From positions 124,001-188,000 of IMG/VR virus record IMGVR_UViG_3300045970_000794: 64,000 nucleotides of DNA. One strand, given 5' to 3'. Positions 43,028 through 53,784 of the stretch are shown here, one piece after another. The notes below the pieces were generated by a model. It was not told the DNA's origin and did not search any database. It worked only from the letters and a program-made list of their open reading frames with translations. A program made the translations under genes and the position numbers. Each line of letters opens with the position of its first letter. Positions within the stretch are counted from its first letter, which is position 1.

Positions 43028-45853
43028 TTAAATGTTGTCGAAGCTAGCACCAGTAGGTGTTACAACGAATTCAATGTTAATATATTCAAGAGCTCTTGTT
43101 GGTTTGATGAAAATCTTACCATTAAGTTCATTTCTGTCGATTGATTCTGGGTCATTATCTACAGTTACTCTGAAATCTACAAGACCTCTAGCACTTCTAA
43201 TGTTTTCAAGAATTGGATTTACCAAGCTCAAGAATTTATTTCTCACAACTGAGTCATTTTGGTCGAAAAGTAACCTCAATGATACAGCAGAAATAAGTTT
43301 TCTTGTTTGTAATAACAATCTTCTAACATTAATTCTATTAAGAGCTGTTTCGTTAACTTGAAGAGTTTTGTTACCCCAGATTTTAACACCTTCAGTTGCA
43401 AATGTTGCAATTGGGTTAATACGTCCTTCGTACAATGTATCTCTTTCGTCAAGTGTAAGTTTTTTACGTGCTTTAATACAGCTAACATCACCTCTTTCAA
43501 TACCAGCAACTGAGAACCATGGGAAAGCAATATTATCAGTCAATGCAATATTTCTTAATACGTCTCTTGTTGGTGGTAACCAAATGTAAACGTTATTTTC
43601 AGTATCATTAACTTGAACCCATGGCCAGTAAGTACATGAGTAATTACTATCAAAAAAGTCAGTTAAATCAGCTACAATGTCTTCAACAGTATAAAGGCTA
43701 CCATTTGACATATCTGGTGTTGTTACAACATACAATGAGTCACGTCTGTCGTTTTCAACCATGTTGATTGTATCTTCAACTAAGTTTGTGTTGTTAACAG
43801 TATCAATACCTGGTGTTGCAAATACGTTAATATTTACAGCTTCTGGGTTAGAGAATGTTAAAACACCTTCTAAATATGCGTAGTAGTCGGAAGTAATTCC
43901 ATTATCACCATTGCTACTTACATAATCAGCAAAATTATCTAATGTTGTTCCTAAAAGTCCTCTAGTACCATTAATTGTGTAAGTATTAGTATTTGTTCTA
44001 CTTCTTCTGTAAATGTCCCATCCATCATAAGCACCATAAGGAGCCATAGTGAATTTACGAGCATATACTTTTTCATAATCAGTTCCTAAAACACCTAATT
44101 CACTTCTGAATTGAGCACTTCCACATTCAAATGTGTAAGAAATTGAGTTATCATCAACAGTAACACCAGTAGCAGCAATATCCATGTGGAAACCACTAGT
44201 TAATGCAGTCCATGCTGTTCCATTTCCATCTTCAGTACCTTTATAGTTGAATAATGGTTGGTCAATACCTTCAGTATCTGAAAGTCCTAAATAGAATTTA
44301 CGTTTATTTTCGTAGATTCCATATCTTGTTTTGTATAATATTGAAGGGTCAGCAACTGAAGTATTACCATTAGTTTGATAATCTCTTACTGGAACACCAA
44401 TCATACCAGCTGGGAAATACATAGATGTATTAATATCTGGATTCATTTCGATTAAAATATAATCTGATTTTGAAGGATATTCACCATCATAAGTACCAAT
44501 TTTACGTCCAACATAGTTTGTTAACGTTGGGTCCATACTACATTTTGTGAATTTTTCAATGATACTTGGTTTTGCATCAGTATCATAGAAACTTCTAACT
44601 AAAATGTCGAATTCTTTATCATCTGGTTTAATGTTAACGATAGAAATTTTGATTTCTTGGTTAGCATGGTTACCATCAGAAATTGTAATGAATCTAAATA
44701 AACTGAATATTTGATTACCAATTACCTGTGATACGGTCCAAGGTGTTGTTGCATAAGTGTATTGTGATTTGTAGAATTGGAAATCACTACTGTAGTCAAC
44801 TAAAGATAAATTAATACCTCTAACTTTTCCGTCAGCAACAAATTTATCAAGCATTGCATCGTAAACTTCTTCAGCAAAAACAGCTGTTTGTTTATCGAAA
44901 GCTTTTGTACCTAATGCATTTGTAATATAATTTTGATTTGTATTGTCTAATGAAATAGTATATGTGAATGCGCTTTGAACTGTTGATAATCCACTTAATA
45001 CAAATTCACCACTTGGGTCTAATAATGCATTACTTGAATTAGCAGCATCAATACTTACAGTATATGAACCACCACTTAATTCGAATAATAGATTTTCATT
45101 TCCATCATAAGTTGCTCTAGAACGTAATAACGCTACAACAGTATTTTGTACGTCTGCGTATGAAGTACCAGAATATAATACAACAGTACCGCTAACACTA
45201 CCACTGACTGATGATGCATCACCACTAATCTTAACCATGTCAGTAAATAAAATACCAACAAAGGCACTAGTTGATTCATTTGGTTTATAGAAGAATGTAG
45301 TACCAGTATATCCAGAACCTAATGCTAAATTAGCCATATTAGTTATTTCAATAGCAAACTCAGTATAAGTTGATGCACTAGTATTAAATAAACTTTCAAT
45401 ACCACTGAATGTTGGAGTTGTAGTAATACCAGTAACGGTTGAACCACTAACTCTAGTATAATCAATAGTAATACCAGTTGTTGTTGTTATACCAGTTGTT
45501 GAAGTATCTAACGCACCATTTAGTGTGATACCCCATGATTTGCCAGCATCATAACCAGAAAGACCAAGCACTCTAGTTACATATAACTGATTTGTTTGGC
45601 TTAAATATGATTTAGCGATATATGGAAGTTCGTATTGTGGGAAACCAGTGTCAATGAACTTTGAGGCATTTTGCCCGCCAAAGAAAGCTTTGAATTCATC
45701 ATAGTTTGAGATGAAAATTGGTTGGAATGCTGGTCCTTTAGTAGTTTCACCAACTAAGCCCAAGGTTGTTACCCCTACTTGTCTGGTTACGAAGGTTAAG
45801 TCTTTTTCAGATGTGTAAACACCTGGACTAACGAATACTCTATTTGATGCCAT
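43028..45853 (-). CDS. Contractile tail sheath protein (T4 gp18-like)
   Basis: FVSPGVYTSEKD, LVGETTKGPAFQP, INVFATPG, YWPWVQV, PWFSVAGIERG, WGNKTL, RINVRRLL and IKPTRALEYINIEF. Confidence 0.93.
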   Translation of the reverse strand: MASNRVFVSPGVYTSEKDLTFVTRQVGVTTLGLVGETTKGPAFQPIFISNYDEFKAFFGGQNASKFIDTGFPQYELPYIAKSYLSQTNQLYVTRVLGLSGYDAGKSWGITLNGALDTSTTGITTTTGITIDYTRVSGSTVTGITTTPTFSGIESLFNTSASTYTEFAIEITNMANLALGSGYTGTTFFYKPNESTSAFVGILFTDMVKISGDASSVSGSVSGTVVLYSGTSYADVQNTVVALLRSRATYDGNENLLFELSGGSYTVSIDAANSSNALLDPSGEFVLSGLSTVQSAFTYTISLDNTNQNYITNALGTKAFDKQTAVFAEEVYDAMLDKFVADGKVRGINLSLVDYSSDFQFYKSQYTYATTPWTVSQVIGNQIFSLFRFITISDGNHANQEIKISIVNIKPDDKEFDILVRSFYDTDAKPSIIEKFTKCSMDPTLTNYVGRKIGTYDGEYPSKSDYILIEMNPDINTSMYFPAGMIGVPVRDYQTNGNTSVADPSILYKTRYGIYENKRKFYLGLSDTEGIDQPLFNYKGTEDGNGTAWTALTSGFHMDIAATGVTVDDNSISYTFECGSAQFRSELGVLGTDYEKVYARKFTMAPYGAYDGWDIYRRSRTNTNTYTINGTRGLLGTTLDNFADYVSSNGDNGITSDYYAYLEGVLTFSNPEAVNINVFATPGIDTVNNTNLVEDTINMVENDRRDSLYVVTTPDMSNGSLYTVEDIVADLTDFFDSNYSCTYWPWVQVNDTENNVYIWLPPTRDVLRNIALTDNIAFPWFSVAGIERGDVSCIKARKKLTLDERDTLYEGRINPIATFATEGVKIWGNKTLQVNETALNRINVRRLLLQTRKLISAVSLRLLFDQNDSVVRNKFLSLVNPILENIRSARGLVDFRVTVDNDPESIDRNELNGKIFIKPTRALEYINIEFVVTPTGASFDNI

Positions 45854-45890
45854 TCTTTAATTTATTATTTTGAATATTATTGTTTTTATT

Positions 45891-45898
45891 ATAAATAT
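45891..45898 (-). promoter_or_regulatory. ATATTTAT motif (candidate phage late promoter) upstream of the sheath gene; representative of about 15 copies
   Basis: The same 8-mer lies about 15-70 nt upstream of many starts (see findings). Confidence 0.5.
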
Positions 45899-45974
45899 AT
45901 CCTCAATTAAGAAAGAACATATTTAATCATTCGGATTATTCATTTTTAAATGTATTTTATATCCGCAATATTAA

Positions 45975-46289
45975 TTAGCAATCAATGGCATTACTCCATT
46001 CACTCATTAATTTAATTTGTGAGTATGCATAAGCTCTCAAATCACTAGTTAAATTCATATTCATAGGAACTTCAAATCTAATATTTTCTTGTATAATATT
46101 ATCTTTATTATCATCCCTTTTTAATTTATCAACGTAACCAAGTAAAACAACTTCAAATCCATCCATAAACATAGGTGCCATGAATAAATTACTTGTATAT
46201 ACTCTATTAATGTGTGTACTTATTGATGCAATTTTCCAATAAGTTGCAACAGCTCCTGTTGCCAATTCTTTTGTTAATTCTAATCCCAT
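45975..46289 (-). CDS. Hypothetical protein (tail-fibre-associated, possibly a chaperone)
   Basis: 104 aa, last gene of the fibre cluster. Confidence 0.45.
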   Translation of the reverse strand: MGLELTKELATGAVATYWKIASISTHINRVYTSNLFMAPMFMDGFEVVLLGYVDKLKRDDNKDNIIQENIRFEVPMNMNLTSDLRAYAYSQIKLMSEWSNAIDC

Positions 46290-46330
46290 AATTTTAAATA
46301 TTAATTAATATATTATTTTATTTAAAACAT

Positions 46331-46621
46331 TTATACACCAGTAGAATCAACTTCCTTCCAATTACTACCATCCCATCTTTTTAGTTTTTTAGCGACAAAA
46401 CTACCTGTATTCACCATTAATTTCGCTTTAATCCAACCATCACCATTCCATCTTTTTAATATTCCAAAATATACTAATGGTGTTGAACCAAAAAACCAAT
46501 CATTCATCATGGTTCTTCTTTGAGTGTTATTATTAGACCAGAAAAATCCAGTACTCAACACCGTAGTTTTATTTACCCAACTTGATTTAAATGGAAATCT
46601 TCCTCTACCTGTTATCGCCAT
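46331..46621 (-). CDS. Small hypothetical fibre-associated protein
   Basis: 96 aa with two KRW(N/D)GxxW motifs. Confidence 0.45.
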   Translation of the reverse strand: MAITGRGRFPFKSSWVNKTTVLSTGFFWSNNNTQRRTMMNDWFFGSTPLVYFGILKRWNGDGWIKAKLMVNTGSFVAKKLKRWDGSNWKEVDSTGV

Positions 46622-46627
46622 AATAAA

Positions 46628-47431
46628 TTAGCCTTGTGTAAATATTATTTCTGAATTTATTGGTGTTGTTGTTGTCGTACTAGGTTGAAAAACCAAAAAT
46701 GGTACTGAATCATCAAATATTTCTGGAAATCCACCAGTTAACGCATCCACAGATGATGATAAATAAGCACCTACAATATCAACTGATGCAATTACTCTAT
46801 AAGCTACTAATGATATTGAACCACTAGTCATTGTTGTATTATGTGTCCATGTTTGTATTGATTGTACCCCAACATCCCCAGCTTGTAAACCCATTTGATA
46901 AAATGTACCTTGAATTGATGACGCAACCACTGTTAATAAACCAGCACCAGTCCTACCACTTACACCTAAACTATTTGTATAAGACATTGATAATGTTGGT
47001 GTACCAGCACCAAGGTTGGCACTTGCTTCCATTGCAATATAAATACCTGTACCACTTATTGAACCATTCATATCTCTAGGTGGTAAAGCAACTGAATTTA
47101 CGTTTTGAGCTGTTGTAGTGGTAACAGCCAAACCCGAATTATGCCATAATCTATCACATAATAATAATTTACCAGCTTGAGCTGCTTGACCTGTCATTCT
47201 AGCTAAGTATGTGTGTCCAGCAACTGGATTTGTGAATGGAATTTGACCAGCATATGTTGTTAATGCAGCACCAGTTACACCTGGAGCTGGTGCAACTGCT
47301 GCACCTGGAGCTCCAACTTGATAAATCGTTGAATGTGGTCTACCAGCAACCAATGTACCAGTAACCCCTTTTGTTATATATCTTGGTGGTTGCATTCCAG
47401 CTATCGCACCATCGAGTGTTGTTATTGCCAT
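46628..47431 (-). CDS. Hypothetical virion/fibre-associated protein
   Basis: 267 aa, Gly/Ala/Thr-rich, own ATATTTAT motif. Confidence 0.5.
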   Translation of the reverse strand: MAITTLDGAIAGMQPPRYITKGVTGTLVAGRPHSTIYQVGAPGAAVAPAPGVTGAALTTYAGQIPFTNPVAGHTYLARMTGQAAQAGKLLLCDRLWHNSGLAVTTTTAQNVNSVALPPRDMNGSISGTGIYIAMEASANLGAGTPTLSMSYTNSLGVSGRTGAGLLTVVASSIQGTFYQMGLQAGDVGVQSIQTWTHNTTMTSGSISLVAYRVIASVDIVGAYLSSSVDALTGGFPEIFDDSVPFLVFQPSTTTTTPINSEIIFTQG

Positions 47432-47471
47432 AATATTAAATTTATTCTTATTATTATAAATATCTTAATTT

Positions 47472-50400
47472 TTAATTAGTATCAACCCATAAATCACCAA
47501 TTATTGGTGAGCTTGGTGCTGTATTACTAACAGTTATTTTTGCCAACCCACTAAATGCTTCAGTCTTTAAAAATAATGAACCAATATTAGTAGTACCAGA
47601 CATAATTGTACTTGCACTTATAGTTGTCGCTGTTATTGTATTAGCTGTTAAACCATTAGTAAATATTGTTGCACCATTAACAGTTCCACCAGTAAATGTA
47701 GCGGGTGTTATTGGTATGTTTAAATAAGTAGTTGCACTTATCGTATTAGCTGTTAAACCATTAGTAAATATAGTTGCACCAGTTACGGTACCACCTGTAA
47801 ATGCCGAGCCAGTACTAGTATTAAAACCAGTTACTGTAAATGTGCCTCCTGTATTATTAGTAAAAGTAGCTGTTCCACTAGAGTATGTACCTCCTGTTAC
47901 CCTAACATCAGTAGGTAAATTACTGTAAGTAGTTGCACTTATCGTATTTGTACTTAATCCATTAGTAAATATAGTTGCACCTGTTACAGTACCTCCCGTA
48001 AATGCTGAACCAGTACTAGTATTAAAACCAGTCACAGTGAACGTACCTCCTGTATTATTAGTAAAAGTGGCTGTTCCAGTGCTATATGTACCACCAGTTA
48101 CCCTAATATCAATAGGTAAATTACTGTAAGTAGTTGCACTTATCGTATTAGTCGTTAAGCCATTAGTTAGTATTGTTGCACCAGTTACTGTACCTCCTGT
48201 AAATGGTGTACTCAAACCAGTTACAGTAAACGTACCACCTGTATTATTGGTGAATGTAATAATTCCAAAATTATATGTACCACCAGTTACTCTAATATCG
48301 GTAGGTAAATTACTATAAGTAGTTGCACTAATAGTTGGTGCTGTAATATTACCTGTAAAAGTTTGTCCAGATACATTAGCTTTATTACTTAATAAACTAG
48401 GTACTGAATCAATATATGTTTTATCAGCCGCTGACATAAAACCAGCGATTGATGTAGTTACAGTACTATGTGTTGAACCACCACTAATTGAACCGTGGAA
48501 GTGTCTGTGGTCACTTCTAGCAATAGAATTTGCAATACCATCAGCATTAGAACTATTACTAATATCAACAGGAATACCCATTGTTAATGCATCACTACCA
48601 CTATTTGGTAAATGTCGACTAGCATGAGTTTCGATTGTAACACTATTTATGGTTCCAGCACTGATTATATTATGAGTACCTAAATTTAAATTACCTTCCA
48701 TTACTCTAGTACCACTTGCAAGTAAATATTGTTGATGGTCATCAGCTATTAATCCTTGTAAATTACCATGAATCAATGTTGATGATAAATTGGATGCATT
48801 AAATGAAGCCATTGGCCTTTCATCAGTTATTTGAACAATATTAGTAGCACCTTCTTTTGTAATAATACTAGCAATAATACATGTTGAATCAACAAATTCG
48901 GTTGGTGGTATTGGTAAATTTGAAGCAACAACCTCAGTTAACCCACTATATTGTGCTTGAGCGTAAACTAATAAATATTGTTCATAATCACCTTCACCAG
49001 TAACATATAATGAATGTTTAGCATAATATCCAGCAGTCATAGCAGTTAATCCAGAACTAGGATTATAAACATTGTTTTGAACTGTTGTTGCTGTAGTCGC
49101 ACCATGTCTAAATGTTCCATCACCATTTCTCCAATGTTCTTCAAAAAATACTGGAGTACCACCAGTAGAAATGAATTCATTTAAATTATAATATCTTTCA
49201 CCACTAGTAATATTTAATTGTCTAGTTCCATTTTCAGTTACTCGTGAACCAGTAGTATACATCACACCAAATGCTTCATTTATAAAATTTGTTGTCCTAT
49301 TACCAAGCAAATTAATACTTAATGGTGTATTTTCAATATAATGAATGCGTGCTGTAGAAGCATATACACTACCTAATAAAATGTTATGAACTCCATCACC
49401 TTTACTAGCATTTGCTGATACAACAGCATTTTCATCAACACTAATATATTTTGTTGTTCCAGATGGAATTGTCAATGTTGTTGCTGACCAAATTACTTCT
49501 TTAATGAAATCACCAGTTGCATATAAATAACCATCACCAGCTGATACCCCAATCGTCAATCCACTAACTTCGGTTAATAAACCACCAGTACTTACACCCA
49601 TAGCAGCCTCAGCTTTTACCATTTTAGATAAATTAACTAATTCAGCCTTATTAGCACCTTGATAAAGGTCACCAATTACAATTGCACCACCTGTTGTAGT
49701 CCTATTAGTGAAAAATGGTGTAAATGTACTTAATGAATTAATATTAAGTTTATCCAAATCCATCGAACCAATCATACCACCAGTCGTAAATGGACTTAAT
49801 ATATCAATATCATATATTGCATTATTAGCGAAAATAGTTCCAGCAATAGAAATTGTACAACCACTACCAGTATTATTATTTAATAAACCAATATTAAAAC
49901 CAGTAACTTCATTAGCAACCATAACAATATTAGCACCATTCTGACATTCAATACCTGTATTTCCGTATGAAATAGTATTTGGGCTTTCACTACCATAAAT
50001 ACCAGCTGAATTTATAATTAATTGTGAACCAATACCAGTAACATATGCTGAAGTAAAACCACTAACAGTTGGGAATGTATAAAAATTCTCAGCATTAACG
50101 GTTGTATTAAATCCATTAGTCGCTTCAATATAAAGACCATATGACATTACACCATTAAAATCAACGTATTCTAAATATGTAACAGTATCTTGACTTACTG
50201 ATGTAATTTTAACGCAAGTATCACAATCGATAAATGTAACTTTATGTACTTGAGAAAAATCACCACCATCTATTGCTGCTATACCAACATAACCAGTACC
50301 AGCACTCATAATTGTTAAAAATGAAATTTCATTATTAGTACCTACGTTGAAAATATTATGAACATTACTATCTGGTATTACTATTGTAGTTTGAATTGAA

Positions 50401-51683
50401 GCTCCAACTATTGAAACATATGGTTTAGCACTTAAATCAATCAACGGTTCAATAAAAATACCAGCACCAACTCTAATTTGATAAATATTAGTTTCACTAG
50501 CACCAGTAATGTAATCAACAGCTGTTGAAATTGATGAGAAATCACCCCCTTTATTAGCTACAGTAATAACCTTTAAATCTTTGTTTACAATATAGAATGA
50601 ACTTAATGGGTTAATATATGTTTTCACATAATCATTCGTTCCGAAATAATTACCAGTTGAATCAGAACTTTTAATATCCAAATCCATTGTTGTATTAATG
50701 AGATTTACATCATTAAGTTTTAAACTACACCCAGAACCTAAATCTTCATTATTAATACCTGTACCACAACCATCAACAGCAACTGATACTACCTCAATAG
50801 TTGCTCCACTATAACATCTTATGAAGTTAGTTAGAGCACCACCAAATACTGATTGTACTAAAACACCAAAATTAGTTAAAATAACTTTATTATTAGCACC
50901 ACTAATGTGAATATAATCATCCATAACATTAGAAACCGAATTTTTTGAATCGGCCATCGATACTATCATAAATCCATCACCATGTATATCAAATCCAGTA
51001 GTGAATCCATTACCATATGAACCTGTAATACCTTCAAAAGCAACAATACCAAATGTACCAGCAGTTAATGATGAATTTAAAATGCTATATGTGTTACCAG
51101 CAGTACATCTTATGATTGTACATACTTTACCCATACCCATATCAGTTGATATATTGAATATTGTCTTACCAGAATCGGTTGAACCTCTAAAAATTAAACC
51201 ATTTAATGTGACATTACCAACAACATTAACACAATTTTTACTGGTTGCATTAACTTCAATAATAACAGAATTAGACGTATAAGCTTCAATATCAACGAAT
51301 TCTTTAAGTGTGATGGTATCTTCAACGTAAATACCAGGGTGTACTAAAATACCATATCTATTTGAAATTGATGCGTCTGTGATAGAATCTATTGCTGCTT
51401 TTACTGATGTAAAATTTGTAGCACCAGATTTACCAACAATAATAGTATTTTGAATATAGCCGCCAGTATATGCTGATAATGGTAAACTACCAGTCGTATT
51501 ATTTAAATCAATATTAGTTATACCAGCACCATCACCATGGATAGTATTACCAGTTAATGAATCAGCTGTAACACCACTAAAATTAGCAGTAATTGCTGAA
51601 GTACTGATTAAATCAGAACTTGTTTCTACAATTGAACCATCAGTTGTAGTTACTTGATTAATTATTTTATATTCTTGTCCCAT
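47472..51683 (-). CDS. Tail fibre/tailspike with putative parallel beta-helix domains and C-terminal tandem repeats
   Basis: Two V(G/A)xxGxx(N/D)F(T/S)S(V/I)xxA(I/V)D...G(I)(Y/F)xE beta-helix caps, FTGGTVTGAT repeats and a terminal APSSPIIGDLWVDT. Confidence 0.7.
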   Translation of the reverse strand: MGQEYKIINQVTTTDGSIVETSSDLISTSAITANFSGVTADSLTGNTIHGDGAGITNIDLNNTTGSLPLSAYTGGYIQNTIIVGKSGATNFTSVKAAIDSITDASISNRYGILVHPGIYVEDTITLKEFVDIEAYTSNSVIIEVNATSKNCVNVVGNVTLNGLIFRGSTDSGKTIFNISTDMGMGKVCTIIRCTAGNTYSILNSSLTAGTFGIVAFEGITGSYGNGFTTGFDIHGDGFMIVSMADSKNSVSNVMDDYIHISGANNKVILTNFGVLVQSVFGGALTNFIRCYSGATIEVVSVAVDGCGTGINNEDLGSGCSLKLNDVNLINTTMDLDIKSSDSTGNYFGTNDYVKTYINPLSSFYIVNKDLKVITVANKGGDFSSISTAVDYITGASETNIYQIRVGAGIFIEPLIDLSAKPYVSIVGASIQTTIVIPDSNVHNIFNVGTNNEISFLTIMSAGTGYVGIAAIDGGDFSQVHKVTFIDCDTCVKITSVSQDTVTYLEYVDFNGVMSYGLYIEATNGFNTTVNAENFYTFPTVSGFTSAYVTGIGSQLIINSAGIYGSESPNTISYGNTGIECQNGANIVMVANEVTGFNIGLLNNNTGSGCTISIAGTIFANNAIYDIDILSPFTTGGMIGSMDLDKLNINSLSTFTPFFTNRTTTGGAIVIGDLYQGANKAELVNLSKMVKAEAAMGVSTGGLLTEVSGLTIGVSAGDGYLYATGDFIKEVIWSATTLTIPSGTTKYISVDENAVVSANASKGDGVHNILLGSVYASTARIHYIENTPLSINLLGNRTTNFINEAFGVMYTTGSRVTENGTRQLNITSGERYYNLNEFISTGGTPVFFEEHWRNGDGTFRHGATTATTVQNNVYNPSSGLTAMTAGYYAKHSLYVTGEGDYEQYLLVYAQAQYSGLTEVVASNLPIPPTEFVDSTCIIASIITKEGATNIVQITDERPMASFNASNLSSTLIHGNLQGLIADDHQQYLLASGTRVMEGNLNLGTHNIISAGTINSVTIETHASRHLPNSGSDALTMGIPVDISNSSNADGIANSIARSDHRHFHGSISGGSTHSTVTTSIAGFMSAADKTYIDSVPSLLSNKANVSGQTFTGNITAPTISATTYSNLPTDIRVTGGTYNFGIITFTNNTGGTFTVTGLSTPFTGGTVTGATILTNGLTTNTISATTYSNLPIDIRVTGGTYSTGTATFTNNTGGTFTVTGFNTSTGSAFTGGTVTGATIFTNGLSTNTISATTYSNLPTDVRVTGGTYSSGTATFTNNTGGTFTVTGFNTSTGSAFTGGTVTGATIFTNGLTANTISATTYLNIPITPATFTGGTVNGATIFTNGLTANTITATTISASTIMSGTTNIGSLFLKTEAFSGLAKITVSNTAPSSPIIGDLWVDTN
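47640..48335. repeat. Tandem coding repeats of 201/201/189 bp in the tail fibre gene
   Basis: GTTGCACT(T/A)AT recurs at 47731, 47932, 48133 and 48322. Confidence 0.8.
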
Positions 51684-51687
51684 ATTT

Positions 51688-53640
51688 TTAACTTATTGAT
51701 TTGTATTTAAATACAAAATTTATCATATCTAATGAACCTGTAAATGTATCACCCACATCCGCTGGATTCCTATATATTCTAATATGCATAGCAGTGTCAG
51801 CTGATAATGTCATTGCACTTCTAACTGTTGGTGAAAATAAGAATGTATTCGCACGATTTGGAACGTCAACCAATGATAATGTTTCGGCTGGTGTAACTAA
51901 ACTTCCAAGTTCACTAGTACTACCAGTATATATCTCTAAATATGTTTTAGCTGATGTTGTACCAGTACTAGTTGTTCTCCATGTAAAATAAAAATCTGGT
52001 TCGCTATGATAATCATCTGGTGTGATAAATGAAATACCAGCATCACTAGTCGCACCACTTCCATTAAATCTAGTTACCACCATAACTAATGGTGTTAATG
52101 TAACTCTAGTCGCAGTATTCAATGTAATATCATTTGAATTGAAAATTAATTCTCTAGTTACTTTAGTGTCAGCAGTTATATTAGCAATTCCATTATTTTG
52201 CTTGATTGTTAAGGTGCCCGCTGAATTTGTAACACCAGTTACGTATGTATCACCACTTACAAAACCAGTTACTGTAAACGTACCTCCTGTATTATTTCTG
52301 TAAGTTGCTGTACCATTTGAATAAGTACCTCCTGTTACATATGTATCACCAGTCACAAAACCAGTTACAGTAAATGTGCCACCTGTATTATTTCTATAAG
52401 TTGCTGTACCATTTGAATATGTACCTCCAGTAGTATAAACATCAGTAGGTAAATTAAGGTAAGTCGTTGCACTTAATTGACCCGCAACTGTCAAACCAGT
52501 AAATGTGTTAATTGTAACTGAATAATTATTTCCTAGTGAATTATTTATTGTTAATGTATTTGCACTATACGCAAATCCAGTTACTTTAGATTCATTAGTG
52601 GTTTGAAGGAAAATTCCGTAAATATCTACTCCACCAAGATATAAATAATTTAATACATCTAACGAATCAATAACACCACTTTTGTTAATAATCGATACGG
52701 AAACTCGTCCACTAACTGCGTCATTTATCAATAACCTACCAACTCTAATTGCATAGCTAGGACTTATTGGTTTTGTGGTTGTTAATCCACCTAATACACC
52801 GTCACTTAAATATAATTCATCACCAGCAACACCACCATATAATGTTGTATTTAATTCATTTACATTACCCCTTACGGTTACATAACCATATCCATCATTT
52901 TCAATTGTTTCGGTTGTAATACCTAATACAATGGTTGATGCACTTGATGTAGCAATCGTCATTGCGATTGTTTGTGTTGTGGTGGTAGTACCACCAGCAC
53001 CAGTTACGTATACAACACTACCATTAGGTATTTGAACACCGCTATTATTATAAACATAAACTAATTCTTCTTGTCCTATTTGTAATGTAACACTATCATC
53101 AATTTCAGCGGCCATAGTTTTCCATTCTGAATCATAATAGATTCTACCAGCTGAAAATCCAGTAACAGTTGGATTACTATTAAATTGTAAAGTATTTGCA
53201 CTTAATCCATCTGTAAATATTGTAGGACCAGTTACGGTACCACCTGTGAATGTAGAAGATGGTATATTAAGGTAAGTTGTTGCACTAATCGTATTGGCCG
53301 TTAAACCATTGGTAAACGTAGTAGGGCCAGTTACGGTACCCCCTGTGAATGCGTTAGCAATACCAGTTAAATTAGAACCATTACCATAATATGTGGTTGC
53401 ACTAATAGTTGTGGCTGAAATCAACCCATTAATATAGAAATTTCCCGTAACAGTATCACCAGTTCTAGATATTCGGTCCCATCCAATTGGAATAATCGAA
53501 TTTGCTGTTGTGCCAGACGCATATAATTTAACATCAGCAACATTTATCGCCAATTCACCAAGTAATAAGTCACCATTTGATGGTACTTTCCCAACTACAT
53601 TGCTTCTTTTAAGAACAACGGTATTCTTACGTATTGCCAT
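51688..53640 (-). CDS. Tail fibre protein with a conserved N-terminal attachment domain
   Basis: LKRSNVVGKVPSNGDLLLGELAINVADVKLY N-terminus. FTGGTVTG and GGTYSNGTATYRNNTGGTFTVTG repeats, including a 96-bp tandem unit at 52261/52357. Confidence 0.7.
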   Translation of the reverse strand: MAIRKNTVVLKRSNVVGKVPSNGDLLLGELAINVADVKLYASGTTANSIIPIGWDRISRTGDTVTGNFYINGLISATTISATTYYGNGSNLTGIANAFTGGTVTGPTTFTNGLTANTISATTYLNIPSSTFTGGTVTGPTIFTDGLSANTLQFNSNPTVTGFSAGRIYYDSEWKTMAAEIDDSVTLQIGQEELVYVYNNSGVQIPNGSVVYVTGAGGTTTTTQTIAMTIATSSASTIVLGITTETIENDGYGYVTVRGNVNELNTTLYGGVAGDELYLSDGVLGGLTTTKPISPSYAIRVGRLLINDAVSGRVSVSIINKSGVIDSLDVLNYLYLGGVDIYGIFLQTTNESKVTGFAYSANTLTINNSLGNNYSVTINTFTGLTVAGQLSATTYLNLPTDVYTTGGTYSNGTATYRNNTGGTFTVTGFVTGDTYVTGGTYSNGTATYRNNTGGTFTVTGFVSGDTYVTGVTNSAGTLTIKQNNGIANITADTKVTRELIFNSNDITLNTATRVTLTPLVMVVTRFNGSGATSDAGISFITPDDYHSEPDFYFTWRTTSTGTTSAKTYLEIYTGSTSELGSLVTPAETLSLVDVPNRANTFLFSPTVRSAMTLSADTAMHIRIYRNPADVGDTFTGSLDMINFVFKYKSIS

Positions 53641-53710
53641 ATTAATAGCTATTTTGTGGCCCTATATAGGGTTTATTAGATTTGAAGATTATATAACCTA
53701 CTTAAAATAA

Positions 53711-53738
53711 ATATCCCCAAACTTGCATTTGAGGATAT
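53711..53738. terminator. Hairpin between fibre genes
   Basis: ATATCCCCAAA-CTTGCA-TTTGAGGATAT, overlapping an ATATTTAT motif on the minus strand. Confidence 0.45.
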
Positions 53739-53784
53739 AAACATTGAAATATAATTAATTTGGAAAAGTAATATATTACTCAGT

